A stretch of DNA of 64,000 nt, taken from contig JAJEIJ010000028.1 of the NCBI GenBank assembly GCA_022827725.1, positions 8,795 to 72,794 of the forward strand. Direction: 5' to 3'. The notes below the pieces were generated by a model, which searched no databases, was not told the DNA's origin, and saw nothing but the letters and a program-made list of their open reading frames with translations. A program made the position numbers and the translations under genes. Within the stretch, counting starts at the first letter, position 1. Each line of letters begins with the position of its first letter. Shown piece after piece: positions 20,518 through 29,163 of the stretch. The DNA is from Acidimicrobiia bacterium. Lineage in GTDB: Bacteria; Actinomycetota; Acidimicrobiia; Acidimicrobiales; Bin134.

Positions 20518-21349
20518 TGCCCCGGGCGCGGTCGATGCTCCATTGGCTGGCGGAAGGAGCGTTGGAGCTGGTCTTGTGAGCGATCTCGGCCATGATGCCT
20601 TCCCGCTGGGCCATGCCCACCATGCTCTCCAGCCTTCCGGTGTAGGAGATGGGCTGTTGGAGCATCCACACGATGCCCTCGGCGGAAACCGAGGTGTCGG
20701 CCCAGGTGGAGTGATCGGCGTCGGGAGCGTTCATCACAAAGCCCTCGCTGGCCACCGCGGTGTCGATGCGGAAGCAGTTCACGGCGATCCCGTCGTCGGC
20801 CAGAATGGCCGCGCTGCTCACGGTCAGGTGCTCCAGTGCGGTTTTGGACATGCCGTAGGCCATCAGCGATGGGAAATAGGCGAGACCGGCCGCCGATGAG
20901 ACATTGACGATTCGCCCGCCCCGTTCGGCCAAAAATGGTCGGCACAGCCGGGTGGCCAGCAGCGGGGCGGTGGTGTTGATGGCCATGGTCAGCTCATAGC
21001 GCTTTAGCTCAATGTCGAGGTCGCCCACGAAGGTGACTGCGGCGTTGTTCACCAGGGCATCGATGCGGCCGAAGTGGTTCACCACGGTTTCCACCATGGC
21101 CTCGATCTGGTCGGGACGGGACAGGTCGCAGGGCACGGCCAAGCCGTCGCCGCCGGCTTCTTCAACTGCTGCCGCGGTTTCGTCCACCGTGCCGGGCAGC
21201 TTGAATCGGGCGGAGTCGGTGGCTCGAGCCACGCAGGCCACCCCCGCGCCCAGCTCGCCGAGGCGGGTGGCCAAACCTGCGCCTACGCCGCGGCTGGCCC
21301 CGGTAACGATCACCACCTGGTCTTTGAAGGATTGCTCTTGGCTCACCAT
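20510..21349 (-). CDS. Short-chain dehydrogenase/reductase (SDR)
   Basis: 279-aa ORF with VVIVTGASRGVGAG (TGxxxGxG), NNAA and SxxxxxxxxxYGMSK. There is an 8-nt overlap with the downstream gene. Confidence 0.85.
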   Translation of the reverse strand: MVSQEQSFKDQVVIVTGASRGVGAGLATRLGELGAGVACVARATDSARFKLPGTVDETAAAVEEAGGDGLAVPCDLSRPDQIEAMVETVVNHFGRIDALVNNAAVTFVGDLDIELKRYELTMAINTTAPLLATRLCRPFLAERGGRIVNVSSAAGLAYFPSLMAYGMSKTALEHLTVSSAAILADDGIAVNCFRIDTAVASEGFVMNAPDADHSTWADTSVSAEGIVWMLQQPISYTGRLESMVGMAQREGIMAEIAHKTSSNAPSASQWSIDRARGIV

Positions 21350-22488
21350 GGCCTCACGTCATCGTTCAAGCCCAAGAAGGGCACTCGCCCTGAGCAGATC
21401 ACAATCTGGTGGCCGGCCAGAGGCTGGCCGTTAACGGTGCCCACCGCCGGCGCCTCGCGGTGGCCGGGGACGCGGACCTCGCCAGAGGGGAGCACCACGT
21501 TTTCGGGGTGGGATAGGTCGTAAGTGTCGGTCTCGGAGTAGGACTGCCCCCGATATACCCCAAGGCCGCCGCCATCTTCCCAGCCCCAGTCGTAGCCGGT
21601 ACCGATCATGGCCCAATCGCGGTGGATCTGTTTGGTCTTTATTTCATAGGACTCTCCGGCGGAATCGGTGAATCTCGACCGGACTTCGCGCCAGCGCCTG
21701 GTTTCTTCCCAGAAATACACTTCGAACTCAGCCGTCATCACTTCGGTCTCGGTGCCGTCGGGCCGTGCGATAACTCCGTCCAAATAGTGCTGGCGTCCGT
21801 CGCCGGTGCAGTGGATCTGTACGTGGCCGCCATAGTCATCGCACGAGAATGGCAGCCAGTAGAACACCGACCCGTGTTGGGCCCGCGGGTCGATGCCGTC
21901 CTCCCCGGTAACTGGCTCGGGGCCGGCGGTCTGGGGCCGCACCCCCCATGAGTGGTCCCTGCCCCCCCACCAGTCCTTCACGGTGTAATCAGTGCCGTCG
22001 AGGGTGACCGTGCCGTTCATGCGGCCCACCTGGGTGTAGCGGCGGTAGTCCTGCGCGACCCGGCCCCGAACCCGGCTGAAGTGATGGTCTTCCTCTTTGG
22101 GGGGAAGAAAGTTGGTCCAGGTCAAGTCCATGTCGAGGGGGTGATCACCTCCGGTAGCGGTCAGGCGGACCTTCTTGAACGGCTCGATGATCTCGATGTC
22201 GAGCGGTCCCACCCCCACCCGGTCGATATCGGGGCGCAGCGCCCGGCTGAAGCGGAAGTTCCGCTGGTTGCTGCCGCTGTCGTCCCGGGGCACCTGGCAG
22301 GCCACGAAGCCGTCGAACACGTTCATGTTCATGTACAGCCCCACCCCGATGATCATGGTCAGCGACCCGCCCGGGTCGTAGCACGAGAACCAGTAGCGGT
22401 CGAAGAACCGGGGGTCGCTGGTCCCCACGTGATCGAACGTGGTGGGTATCTGATGGCGCAGCGTCTCGTCGAGTCTGGTCAAAGGCAC
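21343..22488 (-). CDS. Conserved hypothetical protein, beta-rich, function unknown (possibly an AttH/CrtC-like lipocalin fold)
   Basis: 381-aa ORF with coding-like composition. It is embedded between the CoA-transferase and SDR genes, with a 7-nt overlap downstream. A GGRDHSWG motif is reminiscent of AttH-like proteins. I do not recognise the family securely. Confidence 0.6.
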   Translation of the reverse strand: MPLTRLDETLRHQIPTTFDHVGTSDPRFFDRYWFSCYDPGGSLTMIIGVGLYMNMNVFDGFVACQVPRDDSGSNQRNFRFSRALRPDIDRVGVGPLDIEIIEPFKKVRLTATGGDHPLDMDLTWTNFLPPKEEDHHFSRVRGRVAQDYRRYTQVGRMNGTVTLDGTDYTVKDWWGGRDHSWGVRPQTAGPEPVTGEDGIDPRAQHGSVFYWLPFSCDDYGGHVQIHCTGDGRQHYLDGVIARPDGTETEVMTAEFEVYFWEETRRWREVRSRFTDSAGESYEIKTKQIHRDWAMIGTGYDWGWEDGGGLGVYRGQSYSETDTYDLSHPENVVLPSGEVRVPGHREAPAVGTVNGQPLAGHQIVICSGRVPFLGLNDDVRPW

Positions 22489-22521
22489 GGCGACATCCTA
22501 TGGCTGGGAGTTCGGAAAGGC

Positions 22522-23724
22522 TCAGGCCACGGTGCCGCTCGATCGCAGTTCGGCGATCTGATCGGGAGTGCGCCCCAGTTCGGCCAGCACCTCGTCGGTG
22601 TGCTCCCCCAACTCAGGGGCCAGGCTGCGAGGCGCCCATGGAGAGCCGTGGAAGTCGACCGGGGTGGCCAGCATGGTGGTGCCGGTGGCCCCGTCGGGCA
22701 CTTCCACCAGCGCGCCCGACGGGCCGGTCTGGGGATCGGCCAACAAGTCGTCGAGGGTGTTCACCGGAGCCCAGAACATGTCGGGCTCGGTGGCGAAGAT
22801 CTCGGCCCACTCCTCCAGCGGTCGAGCGGCGAAGGCCTCGTCGAGGGCGGCGATCAGCTCCACGGCGTTGACCGCCCGGTCGCGGGGGGTGGCGAATCGC
22901 TCGTCGTCGATCCACTCGGGATGGCCCACGGCTCGGGCCAGCGGGGGCCAGTGGCGGTCGCCTTCCAGGCCCACCACCCAGAACCGCCGCCCGTCGCCCG
23001 CGGTGTAGTTGTTGATGGCCGGGTTCCCCATGGCCTCCCGGGTGCCCACTGCCATGTTGAGGCCCCACATCAACAGCACGTTGATGTCGAAGCCGATGGT
23101 GTACATGCCCTCCCGGAACAGCGACGACGACACCATCTGGCCCTCGCCGGTGCGCTCTCGGTGGTACAGCGCCGCGCTGATGGCCGCGGCTCCGGCCAGT
23201 CCCACGTTGTGATCGCCCATGCCGCCCCGCTGGAACGGCAAGGCGCCGCCCGGTGGGGTGAGCTGGGCGGCGATGCCTGAGCGGGCCCAGAAGGCGGCAA
23301 TGTCGTAGGCGGGGCGGTCGGCATCGGGCCCTTCGAGCCCGTAGCCGGTGATGGCGCAGTAGATCAGCCCCGGGTTGCGGGCGGCCAGCGACTGGTAGTC
23401 GAGCCCCAGCCGCTGGAGCGCGCTCAGCCGCAAGTTGGTGAGGAACACATCGGCGTCGTCGATGATCTCGGCGGCGATGGCCTTACCCTCAGGATGGGCC
23501 AGATCAACCACCACCGAGCGCTTGGAGCGGTTGTCCAGCTCGAACACTGGATTGGTGGGCATGTCTCCGCCCAGCATCTGCTGGAAGGTCCTTGCCGGGT
23601 CGCCGGCGGGGGGTTCGATCTTCACCACGTCGGCCCCCCAGTCGCTCAAAATGCCGCCCGCCGCGGGGCCAGCTACCCACACCCCGAGCTCGACGACCTT
23701 CACTCCATCCATCGGACCTGTCAT
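22522..23724 (-). CDS. Family III CoA-transferase (CaiB/BaiF)
   Basis: 400-aa ORF. N-terminus GVKVVELGVWVAGPAAGGILSDWGADVVKIEPPAGDPAR, followed by the typical interlocked-dimer family core. Confidence 0.85.
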   Translation of the reverse strand: MTGPMDGVKVVELGVWVAGPAAGGILSDWGADVVKIEPPAGDPARTFQQMLGGDMPTNPVFELDNRSKRSVVVDLAHPEGKAIAAEIIDDADVFLTNLRLSALQRLGLDYQSLAARNPGLIYCAITGYGLEGPDADRPAYDIAAFWARSGIAAQLTPPGGALPFQRGGMGDHNVGLAGAAAISAALYHRERTGEGQMVSSSLFREGMYTIGFDINVLLMWGLNMAVGTREAMGNPAINNYTAGDGRRFWVVGLEGDRHWPPLARAVGHPEWIDDERFATPRDRAVNAVELIAALDEAFAARPLEEWAEIFATEPDMFWAPVNTLDDLLADPQTGPSGALVEVPDGATGTTMLATPVDFHGSPWAPRSLAPELGEHTDEVLAELGRTPDQIAELRSSGTVA

Positions 23725-23747
23725 GCGTTGAGCATAGAAAGCCGGCG

Positions 23748-24308
23748 ATGCGGCTCTTACACTCCAACGCCATCAAGGTTCTGTTTGTTTGCACGGGCAA
23801 CATCTGCCGCTCGCCAATGGCCGAGGTGCTGTTTGCCCATCTGGCCCCCGACGCAGAGGTGGGCTCGGCCGGGACGATGGACTGGAGCGGGCAGCCCGCC
23901 CACGAGTACGCCATAGCCGCCATGGCCGAGCGGGGACTGGACTTGTCGGCCCACCGCAGCCGCCGCCTTTCGGAATACCTGGTGGACGACTCCGATCTGA
24001 TCGTGGTCATGACGAGGAACCACGGCTGGGCGGTGGCGGCCCGCAGCGAGGCCAAGGCGGCGGCCACCTTCTTGCCCGCAGAGCTGAGCCGTCTTGCCGA
24101 TCAGGTGGGCAACCGCAACGGGGCCGACTCCCAAGCGTGGGTCGCCCAACTGCACACCCAGCGCGAAGCCCAAACCAGCACCCGGTTCATCGGCCGGGCC
24201 GCCGACGAGATTCCCGACCCCATCGGGGAGCCTTTGCCCTACTTTCGAGTGATTGCCGACCGTTTGGAACGGGAGTTGGTCCCTGCCGCCGCTCGATTGC
24301 AGTCATAG
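23748..24308 (+). CDS. Low-molecular-weight protein-tyrosine phosphatase / ArsC-like phosphatase
   Basis: P-loop VLFVCTGNICRSPMAE (CX5R-S) near the N-terminus, and a DP motif (IPDPIGE). I set the start at ATG 23748. The ORF-track extension from 23592 overlaps the divergent CoA-transferase gene. Confidence 0.85.
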   Translation: MRLLHSNAIKVLFVCTGNICRSPMAEVLFAHLAPDAEVGSAGTMDWSGQPAHEYAIAAMAERGLDLSAHRSRRLSEYLVDDSDLIVVMTRNHGWAVAARSEAKAAATFLPAELSRLADQVGNRNGADSQAWVAQLHTQREAQTSTRFIGRAADEIPDPIGEPLPYFRVIADRLERELVPAAARLQS

Positions 24309-24407
24309 CTGCGGCGACACTTTGCGCGCACTCTCAATAAATCCCTAAGGTCTGACAACTTGCAGTCGGCTGAGGCCCGGCTGTCCATAGCCAAACCCGA
24401 GGGGGTC

Positions 24408-26261
24408 ATGCTCATGAAATCGCGTTGGTTGAGGCTTCTTGCCGTCCTGTTGGCGCTGACGGTGTTTGCCGTCTCCTGCGGCAACGACGATGACGACGGT
24501 CCAGGGGTAACCGCAGGCACACCTGCACCCGCAGCCGAGGAGCCGGAAGACGAGGCTCCCTCGGAGGAGGCTCCTTCGGAGGAAGCTCCCGATGATGAGG
24601 CTCCTGCCGAGCAGGCCCCGGCCGAAGAGCCTGAAGACGAGCCTGTGGTGACCATCGAGGAGTCCGAAGAGGTGGAAGAGGAAGAAACGGGTGGAGTGCC
24701 CACCGGCAACACCGGGTACATCCCTGGTGAAATCCTCACCACCGAATGCTCAGACGGGCGGCCGACCGGCGGCAACCTCACTATCGGCATGTTCGGTGAG
24801 ATCGTCGGATGGGACCCCACCTTGATCCAGGGCGGGGCCTCGCTGGGCGGCACGCAGATGATCTCCATCTACGGTGCGCTGTTCTACGAGGATTTCGCCA
24901 CTGGCCAGCTCATTCCCGGCCTAGCCGAGAGCATCTCCACTGAAGACAATGAGGTGTTCACGCTGAAGCTGCGCGAGGGCGTCAACTTCACCGACGGCAC
25001 CCCGTTGGATGTCGACGCACTGATCTGGAACATCGAGCACCACCAGAATCCTGATATCGGGTCGCAGTCGCGGGCTCAGGCCGATCTGATCGCTTCGTGG
25101 GAGAAGATCGACGACTACACCATCGAGCTCACTGCCACCAGCAAGAACGCGGTGTTCGCACAGATCTTCGCCTCCCGTATGGCGTGGATGATGTCGCCCA
25201 CCACGTATCAGGCTGGTCAGGATCCGGAAACCGGCCTCAATTCCGACGTCAACATCAACCCGCAGGGCGTGGGCGCAGGCCCGTTCATGCTCGAGTCGTG
25301 GGTCCAAGACGACCAGGCCGTTGTGGTGCGCAACCCGGATTACTTCCGTGAGGGTTGCCCCTATCTGGACAGCGTGACCTTCAAGCCCATCATCGAGCCG
25401 CCGCAGCGCTACAACGCCTTCAATGCCGGCGATCTCGACATCGGCTACGACCGCCATCCCCAGAACTTGCAAGACGCAATCGCCAAGGGCGTCAACACCA
25501 CCTCCCGAGTTGACAACCACGGCGGATACTGGATGCTCAACAACGTGAAAGAGCCGTTCAACATCCGGGAGTGCCGGGTGGCTGCGGCCCACGCCATCGA
25601 CTACGAGACCATCAACGAGATCGTGTACGAGGGCCTGAACAACATGATCCGCAGTTTGATGAGGCCTGGCTCTCCGTGGACCGATCCCGAAGCAGTGCTG
25701 CCGGGCTTTGACCAGGACGCGTCGGCTGCCGCGCTCGAAGAGTGCGAAGCGCAACTGGGCGGTCCGCTGGAGTTCCAGACCTACTGCACCACCTCACCGG
25801 AGAACGTGCTCCTCACGGAGACCTTGATTGCCATGTGGAGCGAGGTTGGCATCTCCGCCACCGCCAACTGCGTGGAGGTCGGCGAGATGGTCGGTGCCGT
25901 GTTCGGCGGCGAATCAGTGGCCAACCCGTGGGCCATCCCCGTGGGCGACCCCGACTACATGTACGACGTGTACTTCGGCGATTCCACCGAGGACGGCGTG
26001 TGCGGTCCCAACGTCTCATCCCGCAACTGGGCCAAGGCGTGCTATCCGGAATTTGACGCCTCGCTCAAGCAGGGCCGCGAAGGCGTCACCTTCGAGGAGC
26101 GCTACGAGGGCTACAGCCGCTTCCAGCGCGAGTTCGCCTATCAGGTCCCGGTCATCGTGACCAGCAAGGGCGAGGTCGGCTACTACTGGACCGACGAGGT
26201 TTCGGGCATATTCCAGACCGACGCCGGCATCATTCTCTTGGAATTCACCGCTAAGGGTTAG
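24408..26261 (+). CDS. ABC transporter substrate-binding lipoprotein, family 5 (peptide/nickel/opine type)
   Basis: Signal peptide and lipobox (FAVSCGNDDDDG), an acidic EAPSE-repeat tether, then a family-5 SBP core (LTIGMF, PGLAESISTEDNEVFTLKLREGVNFTDGTPLD). A GAGGGGG Shine-Dalgarno sequence precedes ATG 24408. Confidence 0.85.
   Translation: MLMKSRWLRLLAVLLALTVFAVSCGNDDDDGPGVTAGTPAPAAEEPEDEAPSEEAPSEEAPDDEAPAEQAPAEEPEDEPVVTIEESEEVEEEETGGVPTGNTGYIPGEILTTECSDGRPTGGNLTIGMFGEIVGWDPTLIQGGASLGGTQMISIYGALFYEDFATGQLIPGLAESISTEDNEVFTLKLREGVNFTDGTPLDVDALIWNIEHHQNPDIGSQSRAQADLIASWEKIDDYTIELTATSKNAVFAQIFASRMAWMMSPTTYQAGQDPETGLNSDVNINPQGVGAGPFMLESWVQDDQAVVVRNPDYFREGCPYLDSVTFKPIIEPPQRYNAFNAGDLDIGYDRHPQNLQDAIAKGVNTTSRVDNHGGYWMLNNVKEPFNIRECRVAAAHAIDYETINEIVYEGLNNMIRSLMRPGSPWTDPEAVLPGFDQDASAAALEECEAQLGGPLEFQTYCTTSPENVLLTETLIAMWSEVGISATANCVEVGEMVGAVFGGESVANPWAIPVGDPDYMYDVYFGDSTEDGVCGPNVSSRNWAKACYPEFDASLKQGREGVTFEERYEGYSRFQREFAYQVPVIVTSKGEVGYYWTDEVSGIFQTDAGIILLEFTAKG
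24552..24611. repeat. 15-nt tandem repeat x4 in the lipoprotein tether
   Basis: gaggctccctcggag / gaggctccttcggag / gaagctcccgatgat / gaggctcctgccgag, encoding EAPSE-EAPSE-EAPDD-EAPAE. Confidence 0.8.
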
Positions 26262-26284
26262 CCAAGAAACTCATCTGAGAACGA

Positions 26285-26313
26285 GGGGGTGGGCACGGTC
26301 CGTGCCCACCCCC
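26285..26313 (+). terminator. Perfect 13-bp GC-rich hairpin between the binding-protein and permease genes (intrinsic terminator or attenuator candidate)
   Basis: gggggtgggcacg-gtc-cgtgcccaccccc, followed by tgttctat. It starts 24 nt after the SBP stop. This is the usual position for SBP/permease differential-expression hairpins. Confidence 0.5.
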
Positions 26314-26372
26314 TGTTCTATGGGGCATCATCTATGGGGCCCGCGCCGAGGCGCAGGGGGAGGTGACAGCAG

Positions 26373-27326
26373 TTGAAGACCATCGGTCGCACCATCATCC
26401 GGATCATTCCGGTGCTGATTCTGGTGAGCTTCTTTTCCTCCTTCTATGTGGAGCTGCTGCCCGGTGATCCCACCATTCGCCTCCTAGGCCAAGAGCGGGC
26501 CCAGGAGCCCGCCGCCCGGGAGTTGGTCAACCGGGAGCTTCGACTCGACGAAAACGTCGTGGTTCGCTACGGCAAGTGGCTGGGGGATGCGCTTACCGGT
26601 GATCTGGGCGAGTCGGTAAGAACCCATGGCCTGAAAGTTTCGGACACCATTCGACAGCGGCTACCCATCACCCTGGAACTGACGGTGGTAGCCCAGGCTC
26701 TGGCGCTGATTCTGGCCATTCCGCTGGGGGTGTATGCCGCCTATCGGGCGGGACGAAGAGTGGATCGAGCGTTGAACGCGGCATCGTTTGCCGCTATCTC
26801 CTTACCCCAGTTCCTGGTCGGCATCCTGCTGATCTTCATCTTGTTCAACCAACTCGACATATTGCCGCCCCAAGGGTGGACCCGGCTCACTGAATGGGAC
26901 TGGTGGGACCATTCCCGCCGCTTGATCATGCCGGTGGTCGCGTTGTCTCTGACTGAGATTGCCGTGTTCCAGCGGTTGTTGCGGGCCGACATGATGGCCA
27001 CCCTGCAAAACGACTTTGTGCTGACGGCCCGAGCCAAGGGCATGTCGCCCGCCCATGTGTTGTTCCGCCACGCCCTGCGACCGTCGTCGTTCTCGCTCAT
27101 CACTTTGGCGGGGGTGAGCACCGGCCGGCTCATCGGCGGCACCGTCATCATCGAAGTGCTGTTCCAGCTCCCGGGAATGGGGCTCAAGATGGTGGACTCC
27201 ATCACCGGCAATGACTTGGTGGTGCTGCAAGGTCTGGTGCTGGTAGTGGCGGTGGCCTACATCATGTTGAACATGCTGGTGGAGATCACCTACGCCCTGC
27301 TTGATCCGAGGATTAGACGTGGCTGA
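26373..27326 (+). CDS. ABC transporter permease (DppB/OppB-like)
   Basis: 317-aa ORF with a TTG start. N-terminus IIRIIPVLILVSFFSF, and the EAA-type loop region (FVLTARAKGMSPAHVLFRHALRPS). Confidence 0.85.
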   Translation: MKTIGRTIIRIIPVLILVSFFSSFYVELLPGDPTIRLLGQERAQEPAARELVNRELRLDENVVVRYGKWLGDALTGDLGESVRTHGLKVSDTIRQRLPITLELTVVAQALALILAIPLGVYAAYRAGRRVDRALNAASFAAISLPQFLVGILLIFILFNQLDILPPQGWTRLTEWDWWDHSRRLIMPVVALSLTEIAVFQRLLRADMMATLQNDFVLTARAKGMSPAHVLFRHALRPSSFSLITLAGVSTGRLIGGTVIIEVLFQLPGMGLKMVDSITGNDLVVLQGLVLVVAVAYIMLNMLVEITYALLDPRIRRG

Positions 27327-28386
27327 CTTCACTGGCGTCGTTGCCGAACCTGAGGCTCAGCTTGTCGACGATCCCGAGCGGGGTCGCCGCGCCCGCCTAG
27401 GTCGGGAAGGAAGTGCCCGATTTGTCATCGGGGTGGCCTTGCTGCTGATACAGCTCTTGGTTACATACGACAGCGTTGCCTGGCTTCAGGTGATCCTCGC
27501 CCTCGGAGGGATATACGGCATTCTCACCGGGGTAGGGCAGCTGATTCGGGCGATATTTGGGTCTCGGGTCGACGCGACCGTATGGATATCGATGGTTTGG
27601 CTGTTCATTCTGGTGCTCTTTGTTTTCTTGCAGCTGGGCGGGATGTTCGACAGCTTGGAAGCCAATTTCCAGGATCGGGAGCGGCCCCCGTCGTTCACCA
27701 CCGACGAGCCCCTGGGCACCGATCGGCTGGGCAAGAGCGTGATGAACCAGAGCATTCGGGGGGCGCGAATCTCGCTGATCGTGGGCTTGGGCGCAGTGGG
27801 AATCGGCTTGGCGGTGGGGTCGGTTATCGGTATGGCTGCTGGCTTCTTTCGGGGGGCAACCGAAGGATTCTTCAACATCATCACCGACGCCGTTTTGGCT
27901 TTTCCCGCCCTGATCTTGCTGTTTTCCATCGTGGCCATCTTTGGGGGCAGCGTGCTCGTGATCACGCTCGCGCTATCGGTGTTGAGCATCCCCACCATGG
28001 GACGGCTGTCGCGCGCCAACACACTGACCTTCGCCGCTCGGGAATTCGTTACCGCGGCCAAGGCCATGGGGGCGTCCAACAGCCGCATTCTGTTCCGGGA
28101 GATCATGCCCAACGTGGCTCTGCCGTTGGCCTCCTACGCCTTTATCGTCGTGGCGGTGGTGATCGTGGCTGAGACCTCATTGGCCTTCTTGGGCGTGGGC
28201 ATCGATCCCATCAGCACGCCCACTTGGGGCAACATGATCCAGGAGGGCCGCGATCCGAATCTGCTGGAAAAGGCGCCCCACATCGTGTTCGTGCCCGGAG
28301 TGATGATGTTCCTCACCGTGCTGTCGCTGAACCGCATCGGAGAATCCCTCCGAGCTCTCTGGGACCCCCGCGAGGCCAAGCTCTAG
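27319..28386 (+). CDS. ABC transporter permease (DppC/OppC-like)
   Basis: Multi-TM ORF with REFVTAAKAMGASNSRILFREIMPN. I prefer GTG 27319 (GAGGA 6 nt upstream, 8-nt overlap with the previous stop, mirroring the paralogue at 47358). TTG 27301 is possible. Confidence 0.8.
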   Translation: MADFTGVVAEPEAQLVDDPERGRRARLGREGSARFVIGVALLLIQLLVTYDSVAWLQVILALGGIYGILTGVGQLIRAIFGSRVDATVWISMVWLFILVLFVFLQLGGMFDSLEANFQDRERPPSFTTDEPLGTDRLGKSVMNQSIRGARISLIVGLGAVGIGLAVGSVIGMAAGFFRGATEGFFNIITDAVLAFPALILLFSIVAIFGGSVLVITLALSVLSIPTMGRLSRANTLTFAAREFVTAAKAMGASNSRILFREIMPNVALPLASYAFIVVAVVIVAETSLAFLGVGIDPISTPTWGNMIQEGRDPNLLEKAPHIVFVPGVMMFLTVLSLNRIGESLRALWDPREAKL

Positions 28387-28387
28387 G

Positions 28388-28792
28388 CTAGGTCGCATTG
28401 ATGCAGTCGAGGGGACCGTTCCAGGCCAGAATCTCCCGGTCGGCGGTGACAAGTACCGCGTTGCGAGTGAGCGCGGTGGCCATGATGAATCGGTCGGCAG
28501 CGTCGTTGGGCGCGGCTTGGTCTCGCAGCTCTACCGCCCGGAGGGCGATCTCCGTGTCGATGGGCAGCTCATAGATGCCACTGTCCCGAAGCCGCGAGCG
28601 CCAGGTTCTCAAGCCCCCGGCCAGTTCGACCCTGCCCTTGCGCAGAAGCTCTCCAAGCTCCCAGTAGGTGGCTGTAGACACAGCCAGTTCGGACGAGGCA
28701 AGGGCGTCTTGGATTGCCCCACTGACCACGGGTGGAATATTTTCCATGTCGCTCAATTCCCAGAGCAGAACATGGGTGTCCGCGATCAGCAT
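28388..28792 (-). CDS. vapC: Type II toxin, PIN-domain VapC family
   Basis: 134-aa ORF. N-terminal MLIADTHVLLW, with later conserved acidic positions (DAADRFIMATA, VTADREI). Its stop lies 1 nt from the convergent permease stop. Confidence 0.85.
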   Translation of the reverse strand: MLIADTHVLLWELSDMENIPPVVSGAIQDALASSELAVSTATYWELGELLRKGRVELAGGLRTWRSRLRDSGIYELPIDTEIALRAVELRDQAAPNDAADRFIMATALTRNAVLVTADREILAWNGPLDCINAT

Positions 28793-29094
28793 CAGGCTGA
28801 ATTGTCGGAACGCGAGCGGTGCAATGCATCCCAGTTATCCATCATCTCATCCGCCGGCTCATCGCCGAAGGTTGGTTCGGTCAGGTCGCCGTGGATGATG
28901 ATTTGATCGCGTCCCATGCCCCGCAGAGTGGGCACTTCCCGCTTCGGTTCGCACGGCACAAGCCGAGCCACAGGATGGCCGTATTTGGTGATCACAAACT
29001 CCACGCCTTCGTCTCGCACCCTGTCCATCAGGGCCAAGCATTTGGCCTTGAAGTCCCCCGCAGCGATGAACTGCTCGGCTAATGGGCTAGACAT
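28792..29094 (-). CDS. Phd/YefM-family antitoxin
   Basis: 100-aa ORF. It has the FKAKCLALMDRVRDEGVEFVITKYGHPVARLVP signature, a GGAGGA Shine-Dalgarno sequence 4 nt upstream, and a 1-nt overlap with the toxin start. Confidence 0.8.
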   Translation of the reverse strand: MSSPLAEQFIAAGDFKAKCLALMDRVRDEGVEFVITKYGHPVARLVPCEPKREVPTLRGMGRDQIIIHGDLTEPTFGDEPADEMMDNWDALHRSRSDNSA

Positions 29095-29109
29095 AGTTCC
29101 TCCAGGAGT

Positions 29110-29141
29110 TATGGTTAAAGATTGACCATAGTCTAACCATA
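29110..29141. promoter_or_regulatory. Inverted repeat in the divergent antitoxin / permease promoter region; candidate operator
   Basis: TATGGTTA-N16-TAACCATA has perfect 8-bp arms. There is an internal direct repeat ACCATAG (29125-29131 and 29136-29142). It lies 16-47 nt upstream of the antitoxin ATG and 23-54 nt upstream of ATG 29164. Confidence 0.35.
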
Positions 29142-29163
29142 GTTACTTCTGAAAGCACCACCT

